From Candidatus Bathyarchaeota archaeon (GTDB lineage Archaea; Thermoproteota; Bathyarchaeia; Bathyarchaeales; Bathycorpusculaceae): 64,000 bases of DNA. Under the pieces are notes generated by a model, which was given only the letters and a program-made list of their open reading frames with translations, did not search any database and was not told the origin of the DNA. This document shows, piece by piece, positions 1-9,953 of the stretch (within the stretch, counting starts at the first letter, position 1; every line of letters begins with the position of its first letter). Position numbers and translations under genes: made by a program. Where the stretch lies: contig CAWABA010000006.1 of assembly GCA_963780185.1 (NCBI GenBank), positions 384,001 to 448,000 on the forward strand. The letters run 5' to 3'.

Positions 1-72
1 GCCCTTAGTCGTGAAGCCGAAGCTGTAATTTACGACTTTAAAGTTCGACATGCCATCAAATCTCTATTGTAA
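1..72 (+). CDS. 3' end of an unidentified gene running in from the left edge
   Basis: Frame 1 is open (ALSREAEAVIYDFKVRHAIKSLL) to TAA at 70-72. Confidence 0.4.
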   Translation, partial: ALSREAEAVIYDFKVRHAIKSLL

Positions 73-590
73 CTATCGCAGAAAAACGTTTCGAGAGCCA
101 CAACTCTGCGCTTTCGGGTGCTTGAGCTCAGTGGGTCGTTGCTGACGGGTTTAATGGGTGTTTTCGTTTTCCGAAACCGTTAACAATGTTGACGTGCCCT
201 GTAATTCTACTCCAATCTGTCATATTTGTGATTGCTGAGTTCAGAGATTTAGCATTTATTTGTAAAAAATGTTCATTCGAGGTATCTTTCGTAGGTGCAG
301 TTTTGAATATTTTACACGGCAACCCATTTAAGACGCCAAAAGTCGGCGGTCGATCAGTGAAGAGCAGTGGTTTAGTCCCGAAACAAGCCAACTGAGGCGG
401 TTTTAGGTTCATTTTTAGGTTTTTGTGCTCTTTTTTTTTAACTCCAAAATGGAATTTCCGGCGACCGATGGGTGCTTTACTTTACGGAGAGCAAACGTGA
501 GCTATGTATATTTAAGGTTCGTTTGTGTTCGAAGATTAGAAGTCTTAAGTGGTCAAAAGCAGCTGCCTCTTAGGGTTCCAAAGTGGGTTT

Positions 591-609
591 GTCGATGCTT
601 TTGTATACC
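591..609 (-). repeat. 19-bp dispersed motif, copy 1 (GGTATACAAAAGCATCGAC on the minus strand)
   Basis: gtcgatgcttttgtatacc; near-identical to copies at 2982, 6929 and 7556. Confidence 0.8.
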
Positions 610-1543
610 GCCCGCACTTGATGTCTGAAAGACCTTGCAACGTAGCATCATTGCGGGGGCAAGGCAACAGAAGACTTTCTTGAGACGACACTCAGCCATC
701 TGTCAAATCACATTTTGTGTTTGCGTTCTTGTTTTGCTCTTTGACTTGAGATTAATTTGCGCGCCCGATTGCCTGCCTCTGGTTCACCACAGGCTTCTAA
801 CAGACTCAAGGGGGATTGTAGTTTGCATATATGGATCTGAGGGTAGGCACTTGCAATCTTTCAGTTTTTGTGTTAATTTGAAAGTCTCTTTATTGCTTGA
901 CGTTCAGAATCGGGTTTGAGAATAAAAAAGTTTGCCGCCGATTAGCCAAAGAAAAAACGGAATTAAAATCTCAAAGTTTCCTCGTGTCATTCGGTCTTTT
1001 GCTTTGAGGCTTTGTGCTTTTGTAAGCTGCTGCTGTTACAAGAAGCTTCTAGTGGTTTATCACGCGTCACCTTCTGCTGAATAATTGGCTTGCTTTGGTT
1101 CCTCTTTTTGATTTTCGTTGGCTCTGGTGATGAATGAAAAAGATGGTAACACCTATGCAACCACAGTCACATGCCACATTTTTATCTTCAAGCGATGCCA
1201 AAGGTTTATCGACATTTAGGCAGGCTTGGGACAAGCGATATGGCGCTTGCCTTAAAATGGATGGTGAAAAAAGCAGCTCTGAGGCAGCAATTATTCGGTC
1301 AATCACGTCTCGTGAGGATCGGTACGTTGCTTGAGTGCAGAATACAATTTACGGAACTCTGATTTATTGCCATTTTTCAAATATTTGTCTTCTGAAATTC
1401 AAACATGCTGCTGCCGCCCAATCAGACAAAGCGGCTCTCCGGATTCTTCAACCAATGAACTTTGTGGCGACCAGAAAAACCCTTTTTGCAGGTGCAACAA
1501 CTTTTACCCTTAGAGATAAACAGTTACTTGTTGTTGTTCAGTT

Positions 1544-2040
1544 ATGGCTGAGGCAGGAAAGATTCTGTGGCCAGCGCGTAGCGCACCCGAAAACTGTCCC
1601 GTTGACATCCGAAACCAAATAGAAATTCCCTCAGAACCAACGGTCGTGTGGACATGGCTCATCCGCGCACAGCTTTGGCCAACCTGGTACCCGAACTCAG
1701 CCAACATGCGGTTCACCGCAGGGCAGCCGCCGGACCTCGCATTGGCCACGCGATTCAAATGAAAAACTGGGTTCCTAAATCCCGACACAAAAGAAAGCCA
1801 CCGCGTTTGGTGCAACTGTGGCTTGCAAAGTTGTGGAGTTTCTGCCTCCTACGCGTCTTGCTTACGAATTTCAAATGGCTTCTGGTGGTGGCTACCACGC
1901 GTGGCTAATTGAGAAAACTGGCGGTGGGTGCCGTGTCATCACAGAGGAAACACAGCGGGTTTGCTTGCACAGTTGCTTAAGGCGTTGGCGCCTGACAGAA
2001 TAGTGAAGCAGCACCAGGTTTGGCTGAGAAGCTCTAAGAG
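1544..2040 (+). pseudogene. SRPBCC/polyketide cyclase-like protein, frameshifted
   Basis: RNQIEIPSEPTVVWTWLIRAQLWPTWYPN in one frame; CKVVEFLPPTRLAY...YHAWLIEKTGGGCRVITEETQ in another; end approximate. Confidence 0.65.
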
Positions 2041-2981
2041 AAAAAGCGATTAAAGGGATGCCGCCGTAACCACCTGCATCGGTCCAAGTTGCTATTTTTC
2101 GGGAAAAGTTTTTCTAGATTTTCAAAGTTTTTTGCGTCTCTTACGGCCTTTAGAAAACGGTTTATCGCTTGGGTTATTTCGGTGAAACACCTTGTTTTTG
2201 AGGCTATTTTGCCATAATTTAAATATTTCATGGTTGATTTTCTGCGAAACGCCACGAAACAAAAATCGCCGCATTTTTTTCGATGGAAGCGATAATTTAA
2301 AAGCCCTATTCAAGCCTAAAACGCCTAAAAAACCTCATTTTAGCACTCTTCGAGTTAGCCTCAATGAACTGGCATGGGGAATATCGTGGCCTCATATAAG
2401 TACCTCCGAGAATCTCCATGCGAAGCAAACTCGGTTTTTTTCGACTTGTCTTCGAGTTTTTGCGCAGTTTTTTGTGGAGTGTGCGAAACTTTGCTGTTTT
2501 TGGACGAAAAATTTGAGGGCGGCGATTTCTTGCAAACGAGCTCTTTCTGGCAGGGGATTTTTCTGAGGCTGTGGCAATTCCACAATTTTGAAGTCGAACA
2601 ACCTTACAATTTTGGCTGAGGTGCCGACGTCAAGTAGTGGCTGAGCCCTTGAGAACGAACAGGGTGCTGAGGTTTCATAGTTTCTGTTTCAGTGTTTTTC
2701 TCGTGAGCTTCTTTGTCATTCTTGAAGAATTTATGAAATTGAGCTGCAGGTCTTATGTTCACCAGCCTGTTTCGTCGCCAATTTCATGAGTGTAATTCCC
2801 GTTTAGTCTTCATCGTTTTTGGGTCAAGCGCTAACTCTGCAGTGCTTAATGTAGTCTAAACTGGCAATATCTTTGATGTGTTGATGGTGGCGTTTACGTG
2901 ATTAGTTGTACTGGTGCGATGCACATTACTTCAAATTGTGTCCATCACAAGCATACACCACGGCACCACCCACTCGAGGCA

Positions 2982-3000
2982 GGTGTACAAAAGCATCAAC
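2982..3000 (+). repeat. 19-bp dispersed motif, copy 2 (GGTGTACAAAAGCATCAAC)
   Basis: Direct reading; about 86 bp upstream of the Hjc-like gene. Confidence 0.8.
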
Positions 3001-3086
3001 GCAACCTCTTTTCCAGTTCTCCTAAGGCAACAATTTTTATCCTTTGAGCGCTGATTAAGCAGTAAAACGCGAGGGGAGCAAGCCGT

Positions 3087-3521
3087 TTGAGCAAAGAAAT
3101 TGACAGAGTAAGGCTTCGTCGTTGGCGGAAAAGAGGCTTCTACAGCGAAACCGTCTTGGTGAAACTTCTGCAAAAGAAAGGCTACAACGCCGTTCGGGTT
3201 CCCGTAAGCAACCCGAGCCTTAACCCGCTTCCAGACATCATGGCAAGACGCGACCTTCACACTTACGCTTTTGAAGTCAAAAACGCCACCTACTACGCCT
3301 ACTTTCCCAAACAGCAAGTTGACAAACTCTTCCGATTCCTCAACGAATTCATCCCTTCAGAAAACACCTACAAACACGCCGTCGTCGCAGCGCACCTAGG
3401 CAAGAGGTGGCTCTTCAAAGAAGTCGCCTGGAACGATTGGGAAAAAAACAAGCTGCCTGAAAAAATCCGCATACTCAAACGCGACCGGGGAAACCTCAAT
3501 CTGGACACAACCTACGCCTGA
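3087..3521 (+). CDS. Holliday junction resolvase (Hjc)-like PD-(D/E)XK nuclease
   Basis: RGFYSETVLVKLLQKKGYNAVRVPVS...PDIMA...AFEVK matches the Hjc/Hje pattern G-xx-E..L...G...R...S..PD...EVK. Confidence 0.8.
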   Translation: MSKEIDRVRLRRWRKRGFYSETVLVKLLQKKGYNAVRVPVSNPSLNPLPDIMARRDLHTYAFEVKNATYYAYFPKQQVDKLFRFLNEFIPSENTYKHAVVAAHLGKRWLFKEVAWNDWEKNKLPEKIRILKRDRGNLNLDTTYA

Positions 3522-3593
3522 AGAAAGAAAGCAACTGTACCTCAACATATATTATCGGTTACGTGCCCCTTTACGCGGAAGAGGCAAAGAGGA

Positions 3594-4286
3594 ATGCAAA
3601 CGCAAGAAGACACCGCAGTTTATGCAGAGGCCCTTGGAAAAGCCTACCTGATAGGCAACGAAAAACTCAACGTCCTAAAAGACATCACATTTTCCATTCA
3701 TAAAGCACGCTTCGTAGTTCTCAGCGGTGCCTCAGGTTCAGGAAAAACCACCCTTCTCAACATCATCGGCGGACTTGACAAGCCAACCACAGGAAAAATC
3801 TTCGTCAACGGCCAAGACCTGACAACCCAAAACGAAGACCAACTCTCAGACTACAGATGCAACAACGTCGGCTTCGTTTTTCAGGCGTACAATTTGGTTT
3901 CAACCCTCACAGTTGCCGAGAACATCGCTTTTCCCATGGAGTGGACTGCGAAACCTCAAGAAGAAATCGAAAAACGCATCGCGGAACTGCTTGAAACCGT
4001 CGGATTAGCCAGCAGAGCCAACCATTTTCCAGCTCAGCTAAGCGGAGGAGAGCAGCAACGGGTTGCTTTTGCCAGAGCTTTAGCTAACGATCCTGCGCTT
4101 ATTCTGGCGGATGAGCCGACGGGAAACTTGGATGATAAAAACGCGCAGAAAATCCTGCAGGTGCTTCAGTTGCTGAAGGAAAAGGGGAAAACCGTTATTG
4201 TGGCAACGCATGATGTTCAAATAAAGCAGTTGGCGGATCAAGTTTTATGCCTTGAAGAAGGCGTTTTGGCGGGTAAAAATGAGTAG
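3594..4286 (+). CDS. ABC transporter ATP-binding protein (LolD/MacB type)
   Basis: Walker [46 protein letters not shown]. Confidence 0.95.
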   Translation: MQTQEDTAVYAEALGKAYLIGNEKLNVLKDITFSIHKARFVVLSGASGSGKTTLLNIIGGLDKPTTGKIFVNGQDLTTQNEDQLSDYRCNNVGFVFQAYNLVSTLTVAENIAFPMEWTAKPQEEIEKRIAELLETVGLASRANHFPAQLSGGEQQRVAFARALANDPALILADEPTGNLDDKNAQKILQVLQLLKEKGKTVIVATHDVQIKQLADQVLCLEEGVLAGKNE

Positions 4287-6148
4287 CGCAGCTTTTCCAA
4301 TCAACGATTTGCTTCGACAGGAGGCTTCAAACAGGCTTAACCATCGCAACTTTAGCGTTAAGCGTTGCCTCCACCACGTTTCTGCTGCTGTTCAGTAGCC
4401 GTCTAAGCGGTTTAACGTCAGCGACCAACATTTTTACAATGGGAATAAGCGTGTTGTTTTCCCAATTTATTCTCTTTATAGGCATCCTTATTTTCGCAGT
4501 GGGCGCAATGTTGACTTCTTTCATAGCATTTTCCATGATGGCTCAAAGAACGCGGGATTTCGGGTTGATAAAGGCAGCTGGATGCCCAAACAGCCTTGTC
4601 GCAGGTTACTTCATGACTGAGCTGCTAACAATCACGCTGGCAGGGTGCGGCTTAGGAATAATCGCAGGTTTCTTAATGGATTACGGCGTTTCAAACTATG
4701 TTTTTTCGTCTTATAAAATGCCCAATCTGTGGTCGGGACCCATAGTTTTCGTCGTTTTCTTTGTTTTGACATTAGTTTTCGGCATTTGGCCTCTCCTTAA
4801 AGCCTCAAGAATGTCGCCGATAAAGGCTCTTTCACCCGTAACTTACCATGGTTTAACCGCAACTGCCAAGCACACGCCGCTGTCAAAATCTGGAATAACC
4901 TGGAGCATCACTAGCCGAAGCCTGCTTCGACGTCAATCAGCGACTTTTCGGATTGTAATTTTGCTGTCAATAGTCTTCATCCTGCTCACTGTTTGCATCG
5001 GAGGAGGCGTCATCGCAAGTGGCACAACCGCGGCTTGGGTTCAAGACAGCGTAGGCAAAAACACCATAGCCATAGCCCAAAGCAGCATGGGAAACCAATA
5101 TGAACAGCTCCTGTCAAAGTTTTCAGGCGCCTCAAATACAAGCGGTTTTAACTATTCCAGCCCAAATCTCTCGATTCCGAGCTCAGTTATAGCGCAACTT
5201 AGTGCACTGCCAAACGTTGACGTAGTCGATACGCGTTTGGTTCTCGAGGGGCAGATACAGGAAGTAGCCAACTTCAGCTTCACGGATACAGGCGGCGAAT
5301 CCTTCTTAGGGGGCAACCGGACAACAAACTCCCTAGTCGTCGGTGTCGACTCCGCCCATCTCTCAGCCTCATGGAACGTCGAAGGCATATTTCTGTCCCC
5401 GACTGACGTGTACCAAGCGGTTGTAGGCGATTCAATTGCCCAAACAATCTACTCACCCGACTCACACCTGGGCATATCAGCAGCAAACCCGCTTGTTGAA
5501 GATTTGACTTTTAAAAATACCTCATTCAGCATTGTCGGGGTCTGCGTTGACCCAGTAAACAACGGCTTTGTCACCTACGTTCCCATTCAAACTCTCGAAA
5601 ACGCTTCCGGACTTTTGAGCCCAAACCTCCTTTTGGTTACACTTAAGGCTTCAGCCGACCAAACAGCCGCCATCGCACAAATCGAAACCCTGTTGCACAC
5701 TGCAGATCCAAACTTGAACGTTTTTCAGCTAAAAACCGTTGTTGAAAAAGACACGAATTTTTTGGCGTCGAACTGGCAAACAATAATGATCATGCCCTTC
5801 TTTACATTGGCTGCCGCAGCCCTTTGCATGGTAAGCTACATGATGCTTGCGGTGGATGAGCAGCATCAAGAATTCGGCGTTTTGCGGTCTGTCGGTGCAA
5901 AACCAAGGTTTGTCATGTTAGTTTTGGCGGTTCAAAGCGTGGTTTTGCTTCTTTCAAGCTTTGGCATCGGAATCTCGCTTGGAACCATCATAACCATGTT
6001 GATTTTGATGCCGCAGCCCATAGTCACTGCCTTCACGATACTGGAAATAGCTGGTTTCCTATTTGCCGCCTTAGCAGGAATCCTGCTTTTGAGCCTTTAC
6101 CCAGCGTTCAAGGTGTCAAGGGCTTCAATTCTAAAGATTATGACTTAG
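4279..6148 (+). CDS. FtsX/MacB-like ABC permease (one indel near 4320; ORF track starts at 4439)
   Basis: Two FtsX-type segments (QRTRDFGLIKAAG; EQHQEFGVLRSVGAK); ATG at 4279 overlaps the ATPase stop. Confidence 0.85.
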
Positions 6149-6838
6149 TTTGTTGAAGCTTTTGTTGAAAAACTTGACGTTTTCCGCATACGCTGACAGT
6201 TGGTTTAGGAAATCTTGTAGCTGCAGTATGGGTACAACGGGGACTTCATAGTAAAATTTGAATGCGCTGGGTACAAGTGACAAAATAGCAGGCATAAACT
6301 TTGCGTCACTCCACTTTGTACACTCAATTTTCAACAAGGGGCTATGCAAGGAATCCGCTAGCGCTCGGGTGCGTTCAACCTGTGAATCAACGATTCTCTT
6401 CAGGGCCGAGGTCCCAATGGCATGTTGGTAATGTTTGCAGTCGATGCAAACTACCAAGGGTTTCTTGCAGCCGACAACATCCATTTCCCATCTTCGACCC
6501 GCCTGCTTGAAACGAACGTTGTTTGAAACAGTGTAACCGTTGTTTTTCAACGCAAAACCCGCGATTTCTTCAAACTCCTGCCAACAAAGCAAATTGCTTA
6601 CACTCTCGACGTCTGCGCCAAGAGTGAGGGCTTGAACCGCAAGTTTTAGCCTGCTGCCGGTTTCAGTTTCAACGCTGCCCTGTTTCACATAAACTAAGTC
6701 TTGGTTTTGTAGTTTTGCAAGCAATTTCATCGTGACAGCGGAAGGCAAGTGTGCATCTCTTTTGACAAGTTCAGTTAAAACAGGGCCGTCTTTTGTCAGT
6801 TTTAGAAGAGAAATTATCAGATTACGCTCAACACTCAC
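6131..6838 (-). CDS. Restriction-endonuclease-fold (Mrr/NERD-like) protein with N-terminal wHTH-like region
   Basis: WQEFEEIAGFALKNNGY...EMDVVG...CIDCKHY. Confidence 0.75.
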   Translation of the reverse strand: MSVERNLIISLLKLTKDGPVLTELVKRDAHLPSAVTMKLLAKLQNQDLVYVKQGSVETETGSRLKLAVQALTLGADVESVSNLLCWQEFEEIAGFALKNNGYTVSNNVRFKQAGRRWEMDVVGCKKPLVVCIDCKHYQHAIGTSALKRIVDSQVERTRALADSLHSPLLKIECTKWSDAKFMPAILSLVPSAFKFYYEVPVVPILQLQDFLNQLSAYAENVKFFNKSFNKLSHNL

Positions 6839-6928
6839 ACTGAACCCTCTGCAAAATAAACATTAAACCAGCAAAATGTCGCTGAATCGGGCCTAAAAAG
6901 CCAAAATAGCCCACATGTTTTCTCAACA

Positions 6929-6947
6929 GGTATACAAAAGCGTCAAC
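6929..6947 (+). repeat. 19-bp dispersed motif, copy 3 (GGTATACAAAAGCGTCAAC)
   Basis: Direct reading; inverted relative to copy 4. Confidence 0.8.
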
Positions 6948-7555
6948 AACCACCACTTTTAACCCCCAACCAACTTCGCCTCAGCCATTACAACCCGCTG
7001 CTCAATCAATTTCATGCTTTCTCCCGTCATTAGCCGTTGCAGGAGAGTTATCTGCAGCTAATTGAAAAACCTTCTTTATCTTTCGCAAAAACCAAACGGA
7101 ACGGGCATTCGCATAGCGAAGGTCTTTGAAAAAATACCAGACATGGAACTGTTGCGCTTTTATTGCTTCTTTTGCATGCTACCAACCGACATTTTTATCT
7201 TTTACCTGTAAAAAATTACCATTCGCTTGATTTTCGCTCAGGAAATTACACTGAATAAAACAAAGCTTGCAAATTATAACACAAGAAGGCCGATTTAGGC
7301 CGAACTTGGATCAAAATTTGTCCTGAAAACAACTGAACGGCGCCGAAACCCAGCTCAAGGTGCACAAAGTTCCCCCGTGAAAAGCCTGAAGCCCTTAACA
7401 GTTCTGTCAAGGAGCCGATTGTGACCTCATGATTGTCGTAATTGCCATTATTTTGGTTTTTTGTGTCCCATGTATATTTATAGTTCGTTGCTTTTCGAAG
7501 GATTTGCGCATTTTAGCTCAGGTTAAAACGCACGGTTGGGCAAAAAATGGGTTTT

Positions 7556-7574
7556 GGTGATGCTTTTGTATACG
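7556..7574 (-). repeat. 19-bp dispersed motif, copy 4 (CGTATACAAAAGCATCACC on the minus strand)
   Basis: ggtgatgcttttgtatacg. Confidence 0.8.
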
Positions 7575-7658
7575 GGGCTATGCCTGATGGTAAAAGAACA
7601 CTGTTTTGCTTTTAAGAAAGATCAGAAATAGGAAAATTGAATGGTTGGGATAAGTTGT

Positions 7659-7859
7659 TTATTTTTCCTTTTCTTGGATTTCGCATTGGAGTTTCTTTAT
7701 GATTTCGTCGACTCTCAATGGCTCTATTTTCAGTGTGTACAGTTGGCGGGGTGTGCGGAGTTTCAGTTTAACGTTGTCTTTCAGTCTTTGCACTGAGCAG
7801 TATTTTGCTTTGGCGCTCATTGCTACAAATTTATCAACATCGGTAATTTCAGTTGGCAT
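7659..7859 (-). CDS. rpl38e: 50S ribosomal protein eL38 (L38e)
   Basis: MPTEITDVDKF...KDNVKLKLRTPRQLYTLKI aligns with eL38 (MP..I.....F...KDNVKFKVR..RYLYTL). Confidence 0.8.
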   Translation of the reverse strand: MPTEITDVDKFVAMSAKAKYCSVQRLKDNVKLKLRTPRQLYTLKIEPLRVDEIIKKLQCEIQEKEK

Positions 7860-7990
7860 ACGAGTTTCCTCTACAGTAGCCTTGAGGATGCATTGTCGTG
7901 TTTTTATTTGTTTTGGTTGGGAAACTGTGAAGCCTCAAAATTGAAGAAAAATCTTAAAGAAAAGGGGGTTTTAGTTAGGCATTTGTTTGT

Positions 7991-8191
7991 TTAAGCTTTT
8001 TTGGAGCGGATGCCGAGCTTAAGGTTAATCTCAACGGTATATTCTTTGTCGCTTTTTCCAACGGCAAAATTCCAGTCTTTCACTTCTACTTCCATGTCCT
8101 TGAATTGGTTAACAATGGCATCTTTATAGTCCTGCGCTGTTTGGCCTATCTTCTGCAGTTTCTCAGTTATGTTAATGGATGTTTCAGGCAT
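7991..8191 (-). CDS. Small hypothetical protein (66 aa)
   Basis: Strong GGAGGTG ribosome-binding site, protein-like composition, downstream T-tract. Confidence 0.7.
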   Translation of the reverse strand: MPETSINITEKLQKIGQTAQDYKDAIVNQFKDMEVEVKDWNFAVGKSDKEYTVEINLKLGIRSKKA

Positions 8192-8382
8192 AAATTACAC
8201 CTCCCAAAAACACTCGTGTATATGCTAAAGGCATTGAGCGTTAACTGCTTTTAAAGACTTGTGGTTGTGCAGCCACAACAGCATCAAGATGGTGGCTACC
8301 CTATACTGCAAAGCTGACTTGAGCTAATTTAGGGTTCAGCCTATCTATTCAGGCAGGATTGGAATAAATTTTATTAGGCAAA

Positions 8383-8700
8383 ATGCTATTACATATGATT
8401 AGTATGACTTTAAGAAAAGTCGGGTTCTCAGCCTTTTTGTTGGCTGTGTCGCTGTATATTCTGCTTCCAACTCCAGATGAACTCGTAATCTACCCTGCAG
8501 GCGTGTTCTTCTTCGCTTATGCTTTGCATATGCCGCTTTTTTACGGGTTGCTGCTGACTATGGTTATTTACCGTGCGTTAGGCGTAAGCTGCTTAGGTTT
8601 CGCGTTAGCTACAGGCGGCAAACCAGTTTACTACATGCTCAAAAACAGATTTAAGAAAACAGCGACTGGTTACCCGCTCCTATATCAGAAAAAGCGTTAG
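8383..8700 (+). CDS. Small membrane protein, hypothetical
   Basis: Three hydrophobic segments with an LLPTPDEL loop. Confidence 0.55.
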   Translation: MLLHMISMTLRKVGFSAFLLAVSLYILLPTPDELVIYPAGVFFFAYALHMPLFYGLLLTMVIYRALGVSCLGFALATGGKPVYYMLKNRFKKTATGYPLLYQKKR

Positions 8701-8702
8701 TT

Positions 8703-8779
8703 TGGTGGGCCGTACCGGATTTGAACCGGTGATCTTCGCCGCGTGAGGGCGACGTCCTAGCCAGCTAGACTAACGGCCC
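8703..8779 (-). tRNA. tRNA-Val(CAC), CCA encoded
   Basis: GGGCCGT acceptor stem, anticodon arm TCGCC-CTCACGC-GGCGA, GGTTCAAATCC T-arm. Confidence 0.95.
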
Positions 8780-8864
8780 GTTTGATGCTGAATTCAAAAT
8801 ACAGAGTTTCCTTTCATAAAACCTTTCCCCTCACAAAGACAAACCATTAGAGAGGTACAAAAAA

Positions 8865-8984
8865 ATGTTAAGACAATTTGACGATTTCGTAGATAGACAT
8901 GAAGGATCCCTTATTTTCGCCTGTTTTATGGCAAGTGCAACCGTGGGATACGTTTTAACGCACATTACAAACTTTGTGCATTAA
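8865..8984 (+). CDS. Putative 39-aa single-TM microprotein (not in ORF track)
   Basis: GAGGT site then MLRQFDDFVDRHEGSLIFACFMASATVGYVLTHITNFVH*. Confidence 0.5.
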   Translation: MLRQFDDFVDRHEGSLIFACFMASATVGYVLTHITNFVH

Positions 8985-9127
8985 ATAACATTTGCTCAAG
9001 CATCTCAAAGAAACCGCAAAAACGCTTGCCTACAGGGCAATTTTTTGTTTCTATAAAAACGTAAATAAGTATCTATGATAAGAACTTAATAGCCTCTCTC
9101 AAAAAGAGGCCAAACAAATCACTTCGT

Positions 9128-9204
9128 GCCAAGGTAGCTCAGCCTGGGAGAGCGCTCGGCTGAAGACCGAGTCGTCGCAGGTTCAAACCCTGCCCTTGGC
9201 ACCA
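9128..9204 (+). tRNA. tRNA-Phe(GAA), CCA encoded
   Basis: GCCAAGG acceptor stem, CTCGG-CTGAAGA-CCGAG anticodon arm, GGTTCAAACCC. Confidence 0.95.
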
Positions 9205-9269
9205 CAACATCTGCGTGTTTCTAATCAAGTTTATATGCGAATTCCGATTTGTTATTTTGGGGTTTAGTT

Positions 9270-9824
9270 ATGGAACTTGATGTTTGCATTAAAGGTAGAA
9301 GAAGCGTTAGAAGCTTTACCGATGAACTAGTTTCAAAAGAACATGTGCAGGCAATTTTGGAGGTTGGCACTTGGGCACCTACCGGGATGAATAGGCAGCC
9401 ATGGAGGTTTGTAATCATTGAAGACAAAAAAGCCATCAACCTTGTCTCGGAGGAAACCAAAGTTTTGGTTAGGCAGACCATGCCGCCACTGGCTGATCAG
9501 TACAACACCGAACAGGACGTTATCTGCTATGATACGCCGATGCTTATTCTAGTATGCGCGGAAAAAGACAAGCAATGGGAAAACCTCAACCTTCTCGACT
9601 GCGTGCTTGCCGCCCAAAACATGTTTTTGAAAGCGTACGAGCTGGGGCTCGGAACATGCTACATGGGATTCGTCAACCTCCTAAACAGCAAACCAGACAT
9701 ACTCAAAAAAATCGGCGTCCCAGACAACTGCCAGATGATGGTGCCGTTCATTTTGGGGCACCCGAAAGCAAAGCAAGGCGCGGGAAAAAGAAAGAAGCCG
9801 GAAATTCTTAAATGGCTCAAATAA
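9270..9824 (+). CDS. Nitroreductase family protein
   Basis: IKGRRSVRSF, APTGMNRQPWRF, AQNMFLKAYELGLGTC. Confidence 0.92.
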   Translation: MELDVCIKGRRSVRSFTDELVSKEHVQAILEVGTWAPTGMNRQPWRFVIIEDKKAINLVSEETKVLVRQTMPPLADQYNTEQDVICYDTPMLILVCAEKDKQWENLNLLDCVLAAQNMFLKAYELGLGTCYMGFVNLLNSKPDILKKIGVPDNCQMMVPFILGHPKAKQGAGKRKKPEILKWLK

Positions 9825-9953
9825 AATTCAAACAGAATAACGCTTGAACATTTTTCAGCTAAAGGCAAAGGCGCTTTTCTTCCTTTCTTTTGATTGTCTG
9901 AAAAATATTGTCCTTTTGTCGATTTCAGAATATCCACGCGTTAAGATCGGAAT

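Noticed and set aside
128-1513. Numerous 60-95 aa ORFs on both strands
   Set aside because: No recognisable motifs or ribosome-binding sites, and they overlap each other
2034-2619. ORFs in the A/T-tract region
   Set aside because: Phe/Lys-rich translations expected from homopolymer-rich non-coding DNA
591-7574. 19-bp repeats as a CRISPR array
   Set aside because: Dispersed over kilobases in mixed orientation, no regular spacers, no cas genes
8703-9204. tRNA genes as integration sites of a provirus or island
   Set aside because: No integrase and no duplicated tRNA 3' end seen in the window
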